DNA of 60,914 nt, from assembly GCA_017477845.1 (NCBI GenBank), contig JAFUTR010000009.1:1-60914 (forward strand). Direction: 5' to 3'. The notes beneath the pieces were generated by a model. That model saw only the letters and a list, made by a program, of their open reading frames with translations, was not told where the DNA came from and made no database searches. Both the position numbers and the translations under genes were made by a program. Position 1 is the first letter of the stretch; the number at the start of each line of letters is the position of its first letter. This DNA comes from Bacilli bacterium (lineage in GTDB: Bacteria > Bacillota_I > Bacilli_A > RF39 > UBA660). Below are positions 1 to 10,045 of this stretch, in pieces.

Positions 1-117
1 GCCCTGAAATACTAACTTGAACACATATATTGTATTTTTTTTAGAAAAATTACTTCTTTTTGTTTCATTTAGTCCTTCAATTTTAAATAATATGAAAAGA
101 TTAAATGCATGTTGCAC

Positions 118-3100
118 TTAATTTTTCATTTCACCTTTTTTTATTCTTTCTAAATCTACTTTAATTTCGAGTCCATTTAAATCTAATACTTCACCAGAAT
201 TATCTTTTTCTATTATGTCTATTGCTAGTGTTTCATTTTTAATCATGTCAGTAAAATCTTTTATTGATTCTTTAAATTCATTATTTTTCTCATAATAAAT
301 CTTGATTCTATCAACAATGTCAAAATCTTTATTTTTTCTCATTTGTTGAACTTTACTTATTAATTCTCTAGCTAGTCCTTCATTTAGTAATTCTTTAGTA
401 AGTGTAGTATCAAGTATTATAAAGTTTTTACCTTCGTTGGCAGCATTAAATCCCTCTTTAGAATTAATTCTTATATCGACCATTTCTTCTGTTAAAGTAT
501 AATCTTTATCAAGAGTAATAATTATTTCTTTTCCATTTGAAAGTGATAATATTTCTTCTTCTTTTAAATTATTCAATTTTTCTGTTAATTCTTTAATATT
601 TTTTCCAAATATTGGTCCACATACTTTAAAGTTAGGTTTAACTGTGAATGTCATATATTCATTTAAGTCTTTAACATATTTGATATTTTTAACATTTAAT
701 TCTTCATATATTAAATCTTCTAAATCTTTAATAGTGTTTTTAACTTTATAGTCAAGTACTACTTCTTTTATTGGTTGTCTTACTTTTATTTTAGCTTCTT
801 CTCTTGCATTTCTTCCAAGTGAAATTAAGTCTCTTACAAGATCCATCTTAGTTTCTATTTTTTCATTAACCATTTTCTTATCATATTTTGGATAATCTTG
901 TAGGTGAACTGATTCTTCACCAGTTAAATTTGTGTATATTTCTTCACTTGTAAATGGAACCATTGGCGCAATTAATTTACAAATTCCAGTTAAAACATCA
1001 TATGTAGTTTGGTAAACTGCTTTTTTACTGTTATCTAGTTTGCTTCCCCAGAATCTTCTTCTATTTCTTCTAATGTACCAGTTTGATAAATCTTCATTTA
1101 CAAAGTTACTTACTAGTTTAACTGCTTTATTTGGATCATATACATCCATTGAGTTAGTTACCTCTTTTACTAATTTGTTATATTTTGAAAGTAACCATTT
1201 GTCGATATCTTCTAAGTCATTATATTCTACCCTAAATTTTCTTGGATCGACTTTGTCGGTATTAGCATACATTTGGAAGAAAGTATAAGTATTTTTTAAA
1301 GTATTAAAGAATTTTGATTGTACTTCTTTTATTCCTTCTTCATCAAATTTTAGTGGTGTCCAAACAGGACTTGCTGATAACATATACCATCTTGTTGGAT
1401 CTGCTCCATATGTTTCAATACAGTTAAATGGTGATACAGAGTTTCCTTTTGATTTATGCATCTTTTGTCCAAATTTATCAAGTATCAAGTCGTTTACAAG
1501 AACATTCTTGTAAGGAGATTTTCCTGTTACAAATACTGATATTACAATTAATGAGTAGAACCATCCACGAGTTTGGTCAATTCCTTCACAAATAAAGTCT
1601 GCTGGGAATTGAGATTCAAATAATTCTTTATTTTCAAATGGATAATGGTATTGTGCAAAAGGCATACTTCCTGAATCAAACCAACAGTCCATAACTTCTT
1701 TTACACGAGTCATATTTTTTCCACATTTAGGACATTTAATATGAATTTCATCAACATATGGTCTATGAAGTTCTATGCTTTCATCGATTTTTTCCACAGC
1801 TTTTGTTACTAATTCTTCACGTGAACCAATCATTTCATCATGGCCACACTCACATCTCCATAATGGTATTGGTGTTCCCCAATATCTATTTCTTGAAATT
1901 GCCCAGTCATTTAAGTTTTCAAGCCAATTTCCAAAACGTTTTTCTCCAACATAATCAGGAAACCAATTAACTTTCTTATTTTCCTTAATTATTTTGTCCT
2001 TTAGTTCAGTTACTTTTATATAAATACTTGGCTTTGAATAGTAGACAAGAGGTGTGTGGCATCGCCAACAATGTGGATAATTGTGTTCCATCTTTTGCTT
2101 TTTAAATAGTTTATCCTCACTAGATAAGTATTTTATAATATCTAGTTCTAATTCTTTTTCAACAACTAGTCTTCCCTTCCAAGGCCCTTCTGTAAAGCAT
2201 CCATTCTCATCAACTGGATTTAAAACTGGTAGATCATATTTTAATCCCACTTCATAGTCATCTTGTCCAAAAGCTGGAGCTATGTGAACAATACCAGTTC
2301 CATCTTCCATAGTGACATAATCTGCACAAGTTATGAAAAATCCTTTTTTGTTTACTTTAAGAATTGGTAAAAACTGTTCATACTCTTTGTATTCCAATTC
2401 TTTTCCAAGATACTCTTCTACTACTTCAAACTCATCACCTAAAACTTTTTTAGCAAGTTTTTCAGCAACAATAAAGTTATATCCTTTTGACAAACATTTT
2501 ACATATTTTTCATTTGGATTTACACATGCTGCTACATTTGATAAAAGAGTCCACGGAGTAGTTGTCCATACTAGTAAATAAGTGTTTTCCTCATTTTTCA
2601 TTTTAAATGGAACAGTAACTGTATTTACACTTACCATCTCATATCCTTGTGCTACTTCGTGAGATGCTAGACCTGTTCCACATCTTGGACAATATGGAAG
2701 TATTTTTAATCCATCGTAAATAAGCCCTTCATCGAAGAATTTCTTTAAAATCCACCATTCTGTTTCAATATAAGAATTCTGATATGTAATATATGGATTT
2801 TCAATATCGATAAATTGCCCCATAAGTGATGTAAATTCTTTAAATGAAGCTTCATTTTTCCAAACGCTTTCACGGCACTTTTCATTAAATTCTTTTATAC
2901 CATATTTTTCTATATCATTTTTTCCTTGAAACCCTAGTTCTTTTTCAACTTGTACTTCAACAGGTAGTCCATGAGTATCCCATCCTACTTTTCTTAATAC
3001 TTTAGATCCTTGCATAGTTTTATATTTACAAAATACATCTTTTAAGAGTTTTGCAAGCATGTGATGAATTCCTGGCATTCCATTTGCAGTAGCAGGACCA

Positions 3101-3231
3101 TCATAGAAAACGAAATTTTTAGCACCATTTCTATTTTCAATAGTTCTTTCTAAAATATTCATTTTTTCCCAGTTTTTAGTTATATTTTTTTCTACTTCTA
3201 TATTTTTACCACTCTGTAATTCTTTAAACAT
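118..3231 (-). CDS. ileS: isoleucine--tRNA ligase
   Basis: 1037-aa ORF. HIGH-type motif PGIHHMLAK and KMSKS-type motif KMHKSKGN. Cys-knuckles CPRCG, CWRCH, CPKCG. Ile-specifier T-box leader upstream. Confidence 0.97.
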   Translation of the reverse strand: MFKELQSGKNIEVEKNITKNWEKMNILERTIENRNGAKNFVFYDGPATANGMPGIHHMLAKLLKDVFCKYKTMQGSKVLRKVGWDTHGLPVEVQVEKELGFQGKNDIEKYGIKEFNEKCRESVWKNEASFKEFTSLMGQFIDIENPYITYQNSYIETEWWILKKFFDEGLIYDGLKILPYCPRCGTGLASHEVAQGYEMVSVNTVTVPFKMKNEENTYLLVWTTTPWTLLSNVAACVNPNEKYVKCLSKGYNFIVAEKLAKKVLGDEFEVVEEYLGKELEYKEYEQFLPILKVNKKGFFITCADYVTMEDGTGIVHIAPAFGQDDYEVGLKYDLPVLNPVDENGCFTEGPWKGRLVVEKELELDIIKYLSSEDKLFKKQKMEHNYPHCWRCHTPLVYYSKPSIYIKVTELKDKIIKENKKVNWFPDYVGEKRFGNWLENLNDWAISRNRYWGTPIPLWRCECGHDEMIGSREELVTKAVEKIDESIELHRPYVDEIHIKCPKCGKNMTRVKEVMDCWFDSGSMPFAQYHYPFENKELFESQFPADFICEGIDQTRGWFYSLIVISVFVTGKSPYKNVLVNDLILDKFGQKMHKSKGNSVSPFNCIETYGADPTRWYMLSASPVWTPLKFDEEGIKEVQSKFFNTLKNTYTFFQMYANTDKVDPRKFRVEYNDLEDIDKWLLSKYNKLVKEVTNSMDVYDPNKAVKLVSNFVNEDLSNWYIRRNRRRFWGSKLDNSKKAVYQTTYDVLTGICKLIAPMVPFTSEEIYTNLTGEESVHLQDYPKYDKKMVNEKIETKMDLVRDLISLGRNAREEAKIKVRQPIKEVVLDYKVKNTIKDLEDLIYEELNVKNIKYVKDLNEYMTFTVKPNFKVCGPIFGKNIKELTEKLNNLKEEEILSLSNGKEIIITLDKDYTLTEEMVDIRINSKEGFNAANEGKNFIILDTTLTKELLNEGLARELISKVQQMRKNKDFDIVDRIKIYYEKNNEFKESIKDFTDMIKNETLAIDIIEKDNSGEVLDLNGLEIKVDLERIKKGEMKN

Positions 3232-3240
3232 TTTATCACC

Positions 3241-3420
3241 TTACCTATATAGTACTTTTTTTATTACTTTTGAATAGTTGAAATTGTTTTTAACATATTT
3301 CTTTACATTTGATTTTTTATTTTTTACAATTTTAACATTTTTGTTACTTACATAGTTTTTAGGACAAGCAAGTTTGTATCCTAAAATAGTACTTCCATAA
3401 TAATTAAATCCTTTTATCAT
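3241..3420 (-). CDS. small lysine-rich ORF (59 aa) between the T-box terminator and ileS
   Basis: Hand-translated (below the ORF-track cutoff): MIKGFNYYGSTILGYKLACPKNYVSNKNVKIVKNKKSNVKKYVKNNFNYSKVIKKVLYR. AGGAGG lies 5 nt upstream of the ATG. The stop is 9 nt before the ileS ATG. No recognisable family. Confidence 0.35.
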   Translation of the reverse strand: MIKGFNYYGSTILGYKLACPKNYVSNKNVKIVKNKKSNVKKYVKNNFNYSKVIKKVLYR

Positions 3421-3431
3421 AAAAACCTCCT

Positions 3432-3655
3432 AAAAAAAACACGTGTATATACGAAAGGACGAATATACCGTGTTACCACCTTACTTCATAGAATAATCTA
3501 TGCACTTAAAACTATAACGCGTTACCGTTTTTATCTTATCAATAAAAAGCATCAGAAGTGATCTTAATTAAACATTACCTATAAGCTTTCACCATATGCT
3601 TACTCTCTTTTAAGGAATTATTCTAACTACGTCTTCATCAATTGCTTTCAATATA
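3432..3655 (-). promoter_or_regulatory. T-box leader, Ile specifier (AUC)
   Basis: Minus strand reads GCAAUUGAUGAAGACGUAGU (stem I base), AGAGAGU, GGUGAAAG and a specifier-loop GAUCAC with AUC at 3560-3562. The T-box core GGUGGUAACACGG follows, then a terminator hairpin (GUAUAU/AUAUAC arms) and U8. Confidence 0.85.
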
Positions 3656-3661
3656 AATGAA

Positions 3662-3690
3662 ATTATATTACAAAATGAACCTTCTTGCAA
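3662..3690 (-). promoter_or_regulatory. sigma-A-type promoter of the ileS leader
   Basis: Minus strand: TTGCAA (3690-3685), 17-nt spacer, TATAAT (3667-3662). Confidence 0.6.
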
Positions 3691-3692
3691 GA

Positions 3693-4172
3693 TTATTTAT
3701 TATTTTTTAATACTTTTAAGTATTCGTCCATATTCATTTGATGAATTAGAGGGTCATATTCTTGCATCTTAAGAAATGTTTTTATAAATTTTTCATTTTC
3801 CTTACAATTATTAAATAAAACTGTGGCAATAGCATTACTTATTTTTCCGTAATCTTTGGTAAAATTTAAAACATAACTATCTTCGTCTTTCCTTAAAGAA
3901 ATGGTACTACCATAAGAATCAAACAAAATATCTTCATTAACTTTTTTGAAAGATGATTCATATAGTTCTTCAAACAATGAATATATTATATTATTATCAT
4001 CTTTATTAATTCTAAAATCATCCTCAAACATTAATGTTTTGGGATTATTATTAACTAAACTTGTTATAAAATCTCCTCTTTCATTTAATCCTAATAACAA
4101 GTGTTTATCTTCTTTTTCTATATCATATGAATAAAAATCTCTTTTACCTATTTTTTCTCTTGTTACTTTCAT
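3693..4172 (-). CDS. hypothetical protein (159 aa)
   Basis: Intact ORF, co-directional and 9 nt downstream of the 255-aa ORF. No motif recognised. Confidence 0.5.
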   Translation of the reverse strand: MKVTREKIGKRDFYSYDIEKEDKHLLLGLNERGDFITSLVNNNPKTLMFEDDFRINKDDNNIIYSLFEELYESSFKKVNEDILFDSYGSTISLRKDEDSYVLNFTKDYGKISNAIATVLFNNCKENEKFIKTFLKMQEYDPLIHQMNMDEYLKVLKNNK

Positions 4173-4181
4173 AAAAACTCC

Positions 4182-4949
4182 TTAATTAACTCTTTCAACC
4201 TGTTTAAAATTATAATTATTTTTATTTATTTCAAATATGTATTTATATGTTGGTAGTATATCTTTATCAATAGTTGATAAGTCATTTGATAGTATTTTAT
4301 CATCTTTTGTTATTCCTTGATGATAATTAAATAATAAAGCACCATTTTCATCGTTACTATAATCTATATACATCACCTTTACATAGATATTTAAGCTATT
4401 TCCAATTTTACTTGTTTTAACATATTCTTCTCTAATACCACCATTTTTATAATCATATTCGCTACACTTGTTAGTCTTAATATGATATGTAGATGTTTTT
4501 TCATCATATTTAATAGAAATATTATTGTTTTCATATGTTTTATCAACAAACTTAATATTATCTCCAAATATTTCTTTTATTTTAGAGTATATCTCTACTT
4601 TATTTATTTCTTTTTCAATATTACATTTTATTTTTGTTTTATCTTTAATTAAGTTAATAACAGCTATATATAAGTAGAATTCATTTGAAAAATTATCATT
4701 ATTATAATAAATATTAAAGAACTCACTACCAAAATTATCTTGTAATAATTCATAATTAACTTTTTCATAGAGATATTTAAAGTCTTCTTTTATATCTTCT
4801 TCCTTGATTGCATCTTTTTCAATATATTTATATTCAATACCATCTATATCTTCAAGAGATGATTTTCTTCTTGAAAATAATGTAAAACCTATTACAATAA
4901 CTCCCAATACTATCAAAGCTTTTGCAAGTCCTCTTACCATTTCACCCAT
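4182..4949 (-). CDS. hypothetical membrane-anchored protein (255 aa)
   Basis: N-terminal hydrophobic helix LAKALIVLGVIVIGFTLF followed by a polar domain. No family recognised. Confidence 0.55.
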   Translation of the reverse strand: MGEMVRGLAKALIVLGVIVIGFTLFSRRKSSLEDIDGIEYKYIEKDAIKEEDIKEDFKYLYEKVNYELLQDNFGSEFFNIYYNNDNFSNEFYLYIAVINLIKDKTKIKCNIEKEINKVEIYSKIKEIFGDNIKFVDKTYENNNISIKYDEKTSTYHIKTNKCSEYDYKNGGIREEYVKTSKIGNSLNIYVKVMYIDYSNDENGALLFNYHQGITKDDKILSNDLSTIDKDILPTYKYIFEINKNNYNFKQVERVN

Positions 4950-5002
4950 ATTATCACCAAAAATATTATAATCTCAATTTAAAAAAAAAGAAAGACTATC
5001 TG

Positions 5003-5608
5003 CTAGTCTTCAAGTATTTTTCTTATCTTATCATATAAATATGGTTTTAATTTATCAATTGGCAATGGTTTTTCTTGAGTTATTGAGCTAAATACAACTG
5101 ATGAAGTCATTTCAATAATTAAGAAAAGAGTTAATTCTGGATTTTTAATATTTATATTACTTTCTTTGATCCCTTTTTTGAATGTTTCTAATACTCCTAC
5201 TTTGGAGTTATCAATAAGACTTGATACTCTTTCTCCAAATACTCCCCATGATAAATCTTTTTTTATAAACTCTAGTGTTGTTTTATCTTCTTTTAATTCA
5301 TCAATTACATAGTCAATCACATTTATTAATTTTTCTTTAAAATCATTTATTTTTTTCCCTTCAACATTTTTTAAGGCACTTTCAAATAATTCACGTGATT
5401 TTTCTGTTGTTAAATATTCTTGAATATCATATTTGTCTTTAAAATATAAATAAAAAGTTCCTTTCCCTACTCCTGCTTTATCAGCTATTTCTTGAATAGA
5501 TGTGTTGTTAACTCCTTTATTTGTGAATAATTCAAAAGCAGCAGACAATAACTTGTTTTTCTTGTTCTTTTTGTTTTCAATTATTTTTTTCTTAACTATT
5601 TGAGTCAT
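5003..5608 (-). CDS. TetR/AcrR family transcriptional regulator
   Basis: N-terminal HTH signature LLSAAFELFTNKGVNNTSIQEIADKAGVGKGTFYLYFKDK. Likely start is MTQIV (GGAGTG RBS 6 nt upstream) rather than the ORF-track start at 5632. Divergent from the MMPL gene. Confidence 0.85.
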   Translation of the reverse strand: MTQIVKKKIIENKKNKKNKLLSAAFELFTNKGVNNTSIQEIADKAGVGKGTFYLYFKDKYDIQEYLTTEKSRELFESALKNVEGKKINDFKEKLINVIDYVIDELKEDKTTLEFIKKDLSWGVFGERVSSLIDNSKVGVLETFKKGIKESNINIKNPELTLFLIIEMTSSVVFSSITQEKPLPIDKLKPYLYDKIRKILED

Positions 5609-5646
5609 ATAAATCACTCCTACTTCATACATTTTATAATGAAATA

Positions 5647-5692
5647 TGACTAAAAGTCAATTATTTTTAGTTTTAATATTGACTTTTGGTCA
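5647..5692. promoter_or_regulatory. two palindromic candidate TetR operators
   Basis: TGACTAAAAGTCA (5647-5659) and TGACTTTTGGTCA (5680-5692). Each is TGAC-N5-GTCA. They lie in the divergent TetR/MMPL intergenic region. Confidence 0.55.
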
Positions 5693-5739
5693 TTTTTGCA
5701 CTAAGATACTTTATGTTTGCTAAATGAAAGGAGTAATAT

Positions 5740-7815
5740 ATGAAGATTGGTAAATTTGTTTGTAAGAATAAATGGCTTATTGTAATAGTTTCTGTTCTTT
5801 TGCTAATACCTTCTATAATAGGATATTTTAAGACAAAAGTTAACTATGATATCTTGGTATATCTACCTAGTGACATAGAAACATTAAAAGGAGAAAATAT
5901 TCTTACTGAGGATTTTCATATGGGTGCATTTTCAATTACAATTGTTGAAAATATGGCCGATTATGATTTGTTAAAATTAGAAAATAAGTTTAGGAGTATT
6001 AAAGGAGTTAGTGAAGTTATTAGTATTGATGATATCATTGGTACATCTATTCCTGTTGAAATTCTTCCTAGTGGATTAAGGGATAAAGTTGCTAAGGATA
6101 ACACTAAACTTGTTTTAATAACTTTTGAAAATTCAACAAGTGATGATATTACACTAAACGCTGTTTCAGAAATGCGAAATATAGCTGATTCAAGTGTTAA
6201 AATTGGTGGAATGAGTGCAATGGTTTTGGATACTAAAGAGTTATTCAATAGTCAAATGCTTCTTTATATAGTTGTTGCAGTTATTTGCTGTATTGTAGTT
6301 CTTATGATTTCTCTTGATTCTTATATAGTCCCTATTCTACTTTTATTAAATATAGGATTTGCAATTATTTATAATATGGGAAGTAATATTTTCTTTGGAG
6401 AGATTTGTTACATAACAAAGGCAATTGCTGCTGTACTTCAGTTGGGAGTTACTACTGATTTTTCTATTTTCTTATATCATAAGTATGAAGCAGCTAAAGA
6501 AAAAGAGGAAAATAACGATAAAGCAATGAGTGTGGCAATACACGATACACTGGTATCTGTTTTAGGAAGTTCATTAACTACTATTGCAGGATTTCTTGCT
6601 CTTTGTACAATGCAACTAACTCTTGGAGTTGATATTGGTCTTGTTATGGCAAAAGGAGTTCTATTTGGACTTTTATGTGTAATAATTCTTTTCCCAGCAT
6701 TACTACTTGTATTTGATAAATTAATTGAAAAAACAAGACACAAAAATATTTTACCTGAATTTAAATTAATTAAAAATTTTGTAACAAAACATTACAAAAC
6801 TATATTTGTTATATTCCTAATATTGCTTGTTCCAGCATTTCTTGCACAAAGAAAAACGCCAGTTTACTATAAGCTAGATACATCAATACCAGAAGACTAT
6901 GGATACTCTATTGCAACTCGTGAATTAAAAGAGAAATATAATATGATATCTCAGTTAATGATATTAGTACCTAGTGAAACAAGTGATCATAGTATTAATG
7001 AAATGTCATTAGAAATTATGGCACTTGATGGAATCGATGCTGTTTTATCTCCATCTATGATTTCAGAAATTGGTATTCCTGAGATGGTTATTCCAGAAAA
7101 ATTAAAAAATTCATTTAAAAATCTTGAATACACTTTAGTAATTGTAAGTTCAAAATATGATATTGCAACTGATGAGTTAAACGATCAGATTGGAAAGATT
7201 AATACAATTGTTGATAAATATAGTAAAAATGCGATAGTCGCTGGTGAAGGGCCACTTATGAAAGATTTAGTTAATACAACGGATACTGATTTTAAGAATG
7301 TTAATTATACTTCAATCGCTGTAATATTTTTAATAATGATGTTTACTTTAAAGTCTATATCTCTTCCAGTTTTATTAGTTACAGTTATTGAATTTGCAAT
7401 ATTTATAAATATGGGAGTTCCATATTTTACTGATACACCTATTCCGTTTATCGCATCTATTGTAATAGGTACTATACAACTAGGAGCTACTATTGACTAT
7501 GCAATATTAATGACTACTAAATATCTAGAGGAAAGAAAAAATGGTGTTTCAAAAAAAGAGGCAATTAAAGCTGCGCTTGATTCATCAATTACTTCTATTG
7601 TTGTAAGTGGAATGTGTTTCTTTGGAGCAACATTTGGAGTTGGTGTCGTTTCAACAATAGATATGATTGGTTCTTTATGCACACTTATGGCAAGAGGTGC
7701 AGTAATAAGTATGATAGTTGTAATATTTGTACTTCCAAGTGTATTAATAATATTTGATAAATTGATTATAAAAACTACATTAGGATTTAAGAAAGGAATG
7801 ATTAAATATGAATAA
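5740..7815 (+). CDS. MMPL-family (RND superfamily) membrane transporter
   Basis: 691 aa with two blocks of multiple TM helices separated by soluble loops, typical MMPL architecture. Good RBS (AAAGGAG). Confidence 0.75.
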   Translation: MKIGKFVCKNKWLIVIVSVLLLIPSIIGYFKTKVNYDILVYLPSDIETLKGENILTEDFHMGAFSITIVENMADYDLLKLENKFRSIKGVSEVISIDDIIGTSIPVEILPSGLRDKVAKDNTKLVLITFENSTSDDITLNAVSEMRNIADSSVKIGGMSAMVLDTKELFNSQMLLYIVVAVICCIVVLMISLDSYIVPILLLLNIGFAIIYNMGSNIFFGEICYITKAIAAVLQLGVTTDFSIFLYHKYEAAKEKEENNDKAMSVAIHDTLVSVLGSSLTTIAGFLALCTMQLTLGVDIGLVMAKGVLFGLLCVIILFPALLLVFDKLIEKTRHKNILPEFKLIKNFVTKHYKTIFVIFLILLVPAFLAQRKTPVYYKLDTSIPEDYGYSIATRELKEKYNMISQLMILVPSETSDHSINEMSLEIMALDGIDAVLSPSMISEIGIPEMVIPEKLKNSFKNLEYTLVIVSSKYDIATDELNDQIGKINTIVDKYSKNAIVAGEGPLMKDLVNTTDTDFKNVNYTSIAVIFLIMMFTLKSISLPVLLVTVIEFAIFINMGVPYFTDTPIPFIASIVIGTIQLGATIDYAILMTTKYLEERKNGVSKKEAIKAALDSSITSIVVSGMCFFGATFGVGVVSTIDMIGSLCTLMARGAVISMIVVIFVLPSVLIIFDKLIIKTTLGFKKGMIKYE

Positions 7816-9613
7816 AATAGTTAATAAAATAATGTCTTTAGGAGTTATTGCAGGATTACTTTTAGAGGTAGTTCCAATATATGCTTTATCAAAAGATGAA
7901 ACAATCTATGCAAAGCTTGATAATAATGGTCAAGTCAGTAAAGTTATAATTTCAGAGCATCTTGAGGATACTAACGATGGAGAAACAGAAGATAAAACAA
8001 GACTTAGTAATATTAAAAATATTAATGGCGATGAAGAGTACATTTTAAAAGATGGAAAAATAATTTGGAAAACAAAAGGTATGGATATCTACTATCAAGG
8101 AACTACTGAAGAAGAATTACCTATTAATTTAGATGTTAAATACTATTTAAATAATGAAGAAATGAGTATTTCTGATATGTTAGGTAAAAGTGGAACTGTT
8201 AAAATGGTTTTGAAGTTTTCTAACAATGAAAAGCACTATATGATTGTAAATGGTAAAAATGAGTTATTATATACTCCATTTGTTGTTGCCACTACTACAA
8301 TATTATCTAACACTACAAATAAAAATATTAAAGTTACTAATGGTAGAGTTGTTAAAAATGGAACTAGTAGTGTTGTAGTAGCACTTACTACTCCAGGTTT
8401 ATATGAAAGTATGCATATCGATAAGTTAAAAGGTATGGATACATGTGAAATAACATATGAGACTAGTAATTTTGAATTAAGTTCAATTTACTCAGTTGCA
8501 ACATCTAAACTAATTGATAGTACTGATTTTGATGTGTTTGATAAAATTGATTCTCTATATGGATCTATTAATACTCTTGTAAGTTCTAGTAATAAAATTA
8601 AAAATGGAAGCAGCGAGCTTCTAAATGGCGCAAGTAAGTTAAAAGATGGCGTTAGTAAATTAAAAGACGGAATATCTTCTTCTTATTTAGGAAGTAAACA
8701 AATAAGAGATAGTTTACAATCATCAATTAATATGCTTCAAAATGATTCTAGTGAAGCAATTGATTCTACTACCCTATCTTATATTAAAAATGAAGCTGTA
8801 AATGGTGCAAAAGAAGTTATTTCTTCAAAGTTTACTGATGAGTATAAGGCACAAATCGCAGCACTTGCTTTAAGTTCTCTAAGTCAAAATGAAACTTATC
8901 AAAAGTTAAAAGGTGGAATTAAAAAATTAGAAGAAGCTGGAGTAACAAAGGAATTAGTAAGTAGTTGCTCGGTTAATCAAGTAGATGAAGCTCTACAACA
9001 AACATGTATGAATTATGCAAATTATATAAAAGAGTATTCTACATATTTACAGATGATTACTTTAATGGAAGAAACTGCAAAACAAACTGCAGTTAGTACT
9101 GCAATTAATGTTTCAGGTACAGTAGCCGAGCAAACTGCAAGTATGGTTTCAGAAAGCGTTGCTGTAAAAGTTGCTGAAAGTGCTAAAGAAAAAGCAAAGA
9201 GTGAAACAACTAAATCATTAAATACTCTACTTCAGGCTATAAGTGAATTAACAAGCGGACTTAATCAATTAAATTTAGGAGCTGTTGAATTAGATAATGG
9301 AACTCTAGCATTAAAAGATGGTATTTCTTCATTAGATTCTGGTATTTCACAATTCAATAATGAAGGTATTAGTAAGATTTCTAATGTTGTTAATGGTGAT
9401 GTTAAATCATTAGAAGAAAGAGTTAAGGCTTTAGTTAAACTAAGTGATGAATACAATACATTTGATGATAAAGCTGATAATACTAAAGGTGAATCTAAGA
9501 TAATTATGGTTATTGATGCAGTTAAAGCTCCTTCTAAAGATGTAATTGTAAATGATAAAATTATCGAAGAGGAAAAAAGTCTTTGGGATAAAATTAAAGG
9601 ATTATTTAAATAA
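7808..9613 (+). CDS. secreted/anchored protein with xxxLxxG heptad repeats (YhgE/Pip N-terminal-like)
   Basis: Signal/anchor helix, then repeats LLNGASKLKDGVSKLKDGISS and LNLGAVELDNGTLALKDGISSLDSGISQ. Overlaps the MMPL stop by 8 nt (coupled). Confidence 0.5.
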   Translation: MNKIVNKIMSLGVIAGLLLEVVPIYALSKDETIYAKLDNNGQVSKVIISEHLEDTNDGETEDKTRLSNIKNINGDEEYILKDGKIIWKTKGMDIYYQGTTEEELPINLDVKYYLNNEEMSISDMLGKSGTVKMVLKFSNNEKHYMIVNGKNELLYTPFVVATTTILSNTTNKNIKVTNGRVVKNGTSSVVVALTTPGLYESMHIDKLKGMDTCEITYETSNFELSSIYSVATSKLIDSTDFDVFDKIDSLYGSINTLVSSSNKIKNGSSELLNGASKLKDGVSKLKDGISSSYLGSKQIRDSLQSSINMLQNDSSEAIDSTTLSYIKNEAVNGAKEVISSKFTDEYKAQIAALALSSLSQNETYQKLKGGIKKLEEAGVTKELVSSCSVNQVDEALQQTCMNYANYIKEYSTYLQMITLMEETAKQTAVSTAINVSGTVAEQTASMVSESVAVKVAESAKEKAKSETTKSLNTLLQAISELTSGLNQLNLGAVELDNGTLALKDGISSLDSGISQFNNEGISKISNVVNGDVKSLEERVKALVKLSDEYNTFDDKADNTKGESKIIMVIDAVKAPSKDVIVNDKIIEEEKSLWDKIKGLFK

Positions 9614-9646
9614 AAAATACGTCTTCTTTCGAAGATGTATTTTTTT
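9614..9646. terminator. bidirectional intrinsic terminator
   Basis: AAAAAATACGTCTTC-TTTC-GAAGATGTATTTTTTT lies between convergent genes. Confidence 0.7.
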
Positions 9647-10001
9647 ATTGTTTAATCATTTCAGAATAACTTGGTGAGTAAATATCTTGAGCAGTTAGGC
9701 TTAATTTATCATCTTTTACTTCGAATTTATATTCTTTTGCTGATTCCCAAGATTCTAATTTAATTGTAACTATATCATCTTTAATTTCATATGTTCCAGT
9801 ACTATTAATTCCAAATTCATTTGAATATTCTACATCACCATTACTTTTGAAATTAAATGTAGTTTCCATTTGCATATCTCTTGACTCTCCATCAGTTAGT
9901 CCTTTCCACTCTCCAACTAATGCATTATCTTTTCCTCCACATCCAACTAGTAAGAATAAAGATAAAAAAACTGTTACAATTAATAAATATTTCTTTTTCA
10001 T
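9645..10001 (-). CDS. small lipoprotein (118 aa)
   Basis: Signal peptide ending in the lipobox LVGC. Confidence 0.7.
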   Translation of the reverse strand: MKKKYLLIVTVFLSLFLLVGCGGKDNALVGEWKGLTDGESRDMQMETTFNFKSNGDVEYSNEFGINSTGTYEIKDDIVTIKLESWESAKEYKFEVKDDKLSLTAQDIYSPSYSEMIKQ

Positions 10002-10045
10002 AAGTCCTCCTTTATTTTCATTTTATAACATTAATTTATTAAAGT

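Noticed and set aside
1040-2581. Plus-strand ORFs of 70-82 aa (1040-1288, 1758-1970, 2333-2581) and many similar 60-126-aa ORFs listed antisense to large genes throughout the track.
   Set aside because: They lie entirely inside well-supported genes on the opposite strand (ileS here; also MMPL, copA, the surface protein, ABC, leuS, GH31, suf genes). They lack RBSs and have low-complexity, hydrophobic-biased translations typical of antisense frames in AT-rich DNA.
7808-9613. Whether the YhgE/Pip-like heptad-repeat protein could be an EsaA/YueB-type T7SS core component for the effector cassette.
   Set aside because: It lacks the C-terminal multi-TM bundle and is translationally coupled to a TetR-regulated MMPL transporter 38 kb from the cassette. 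No other T7SS core genes accompany it.
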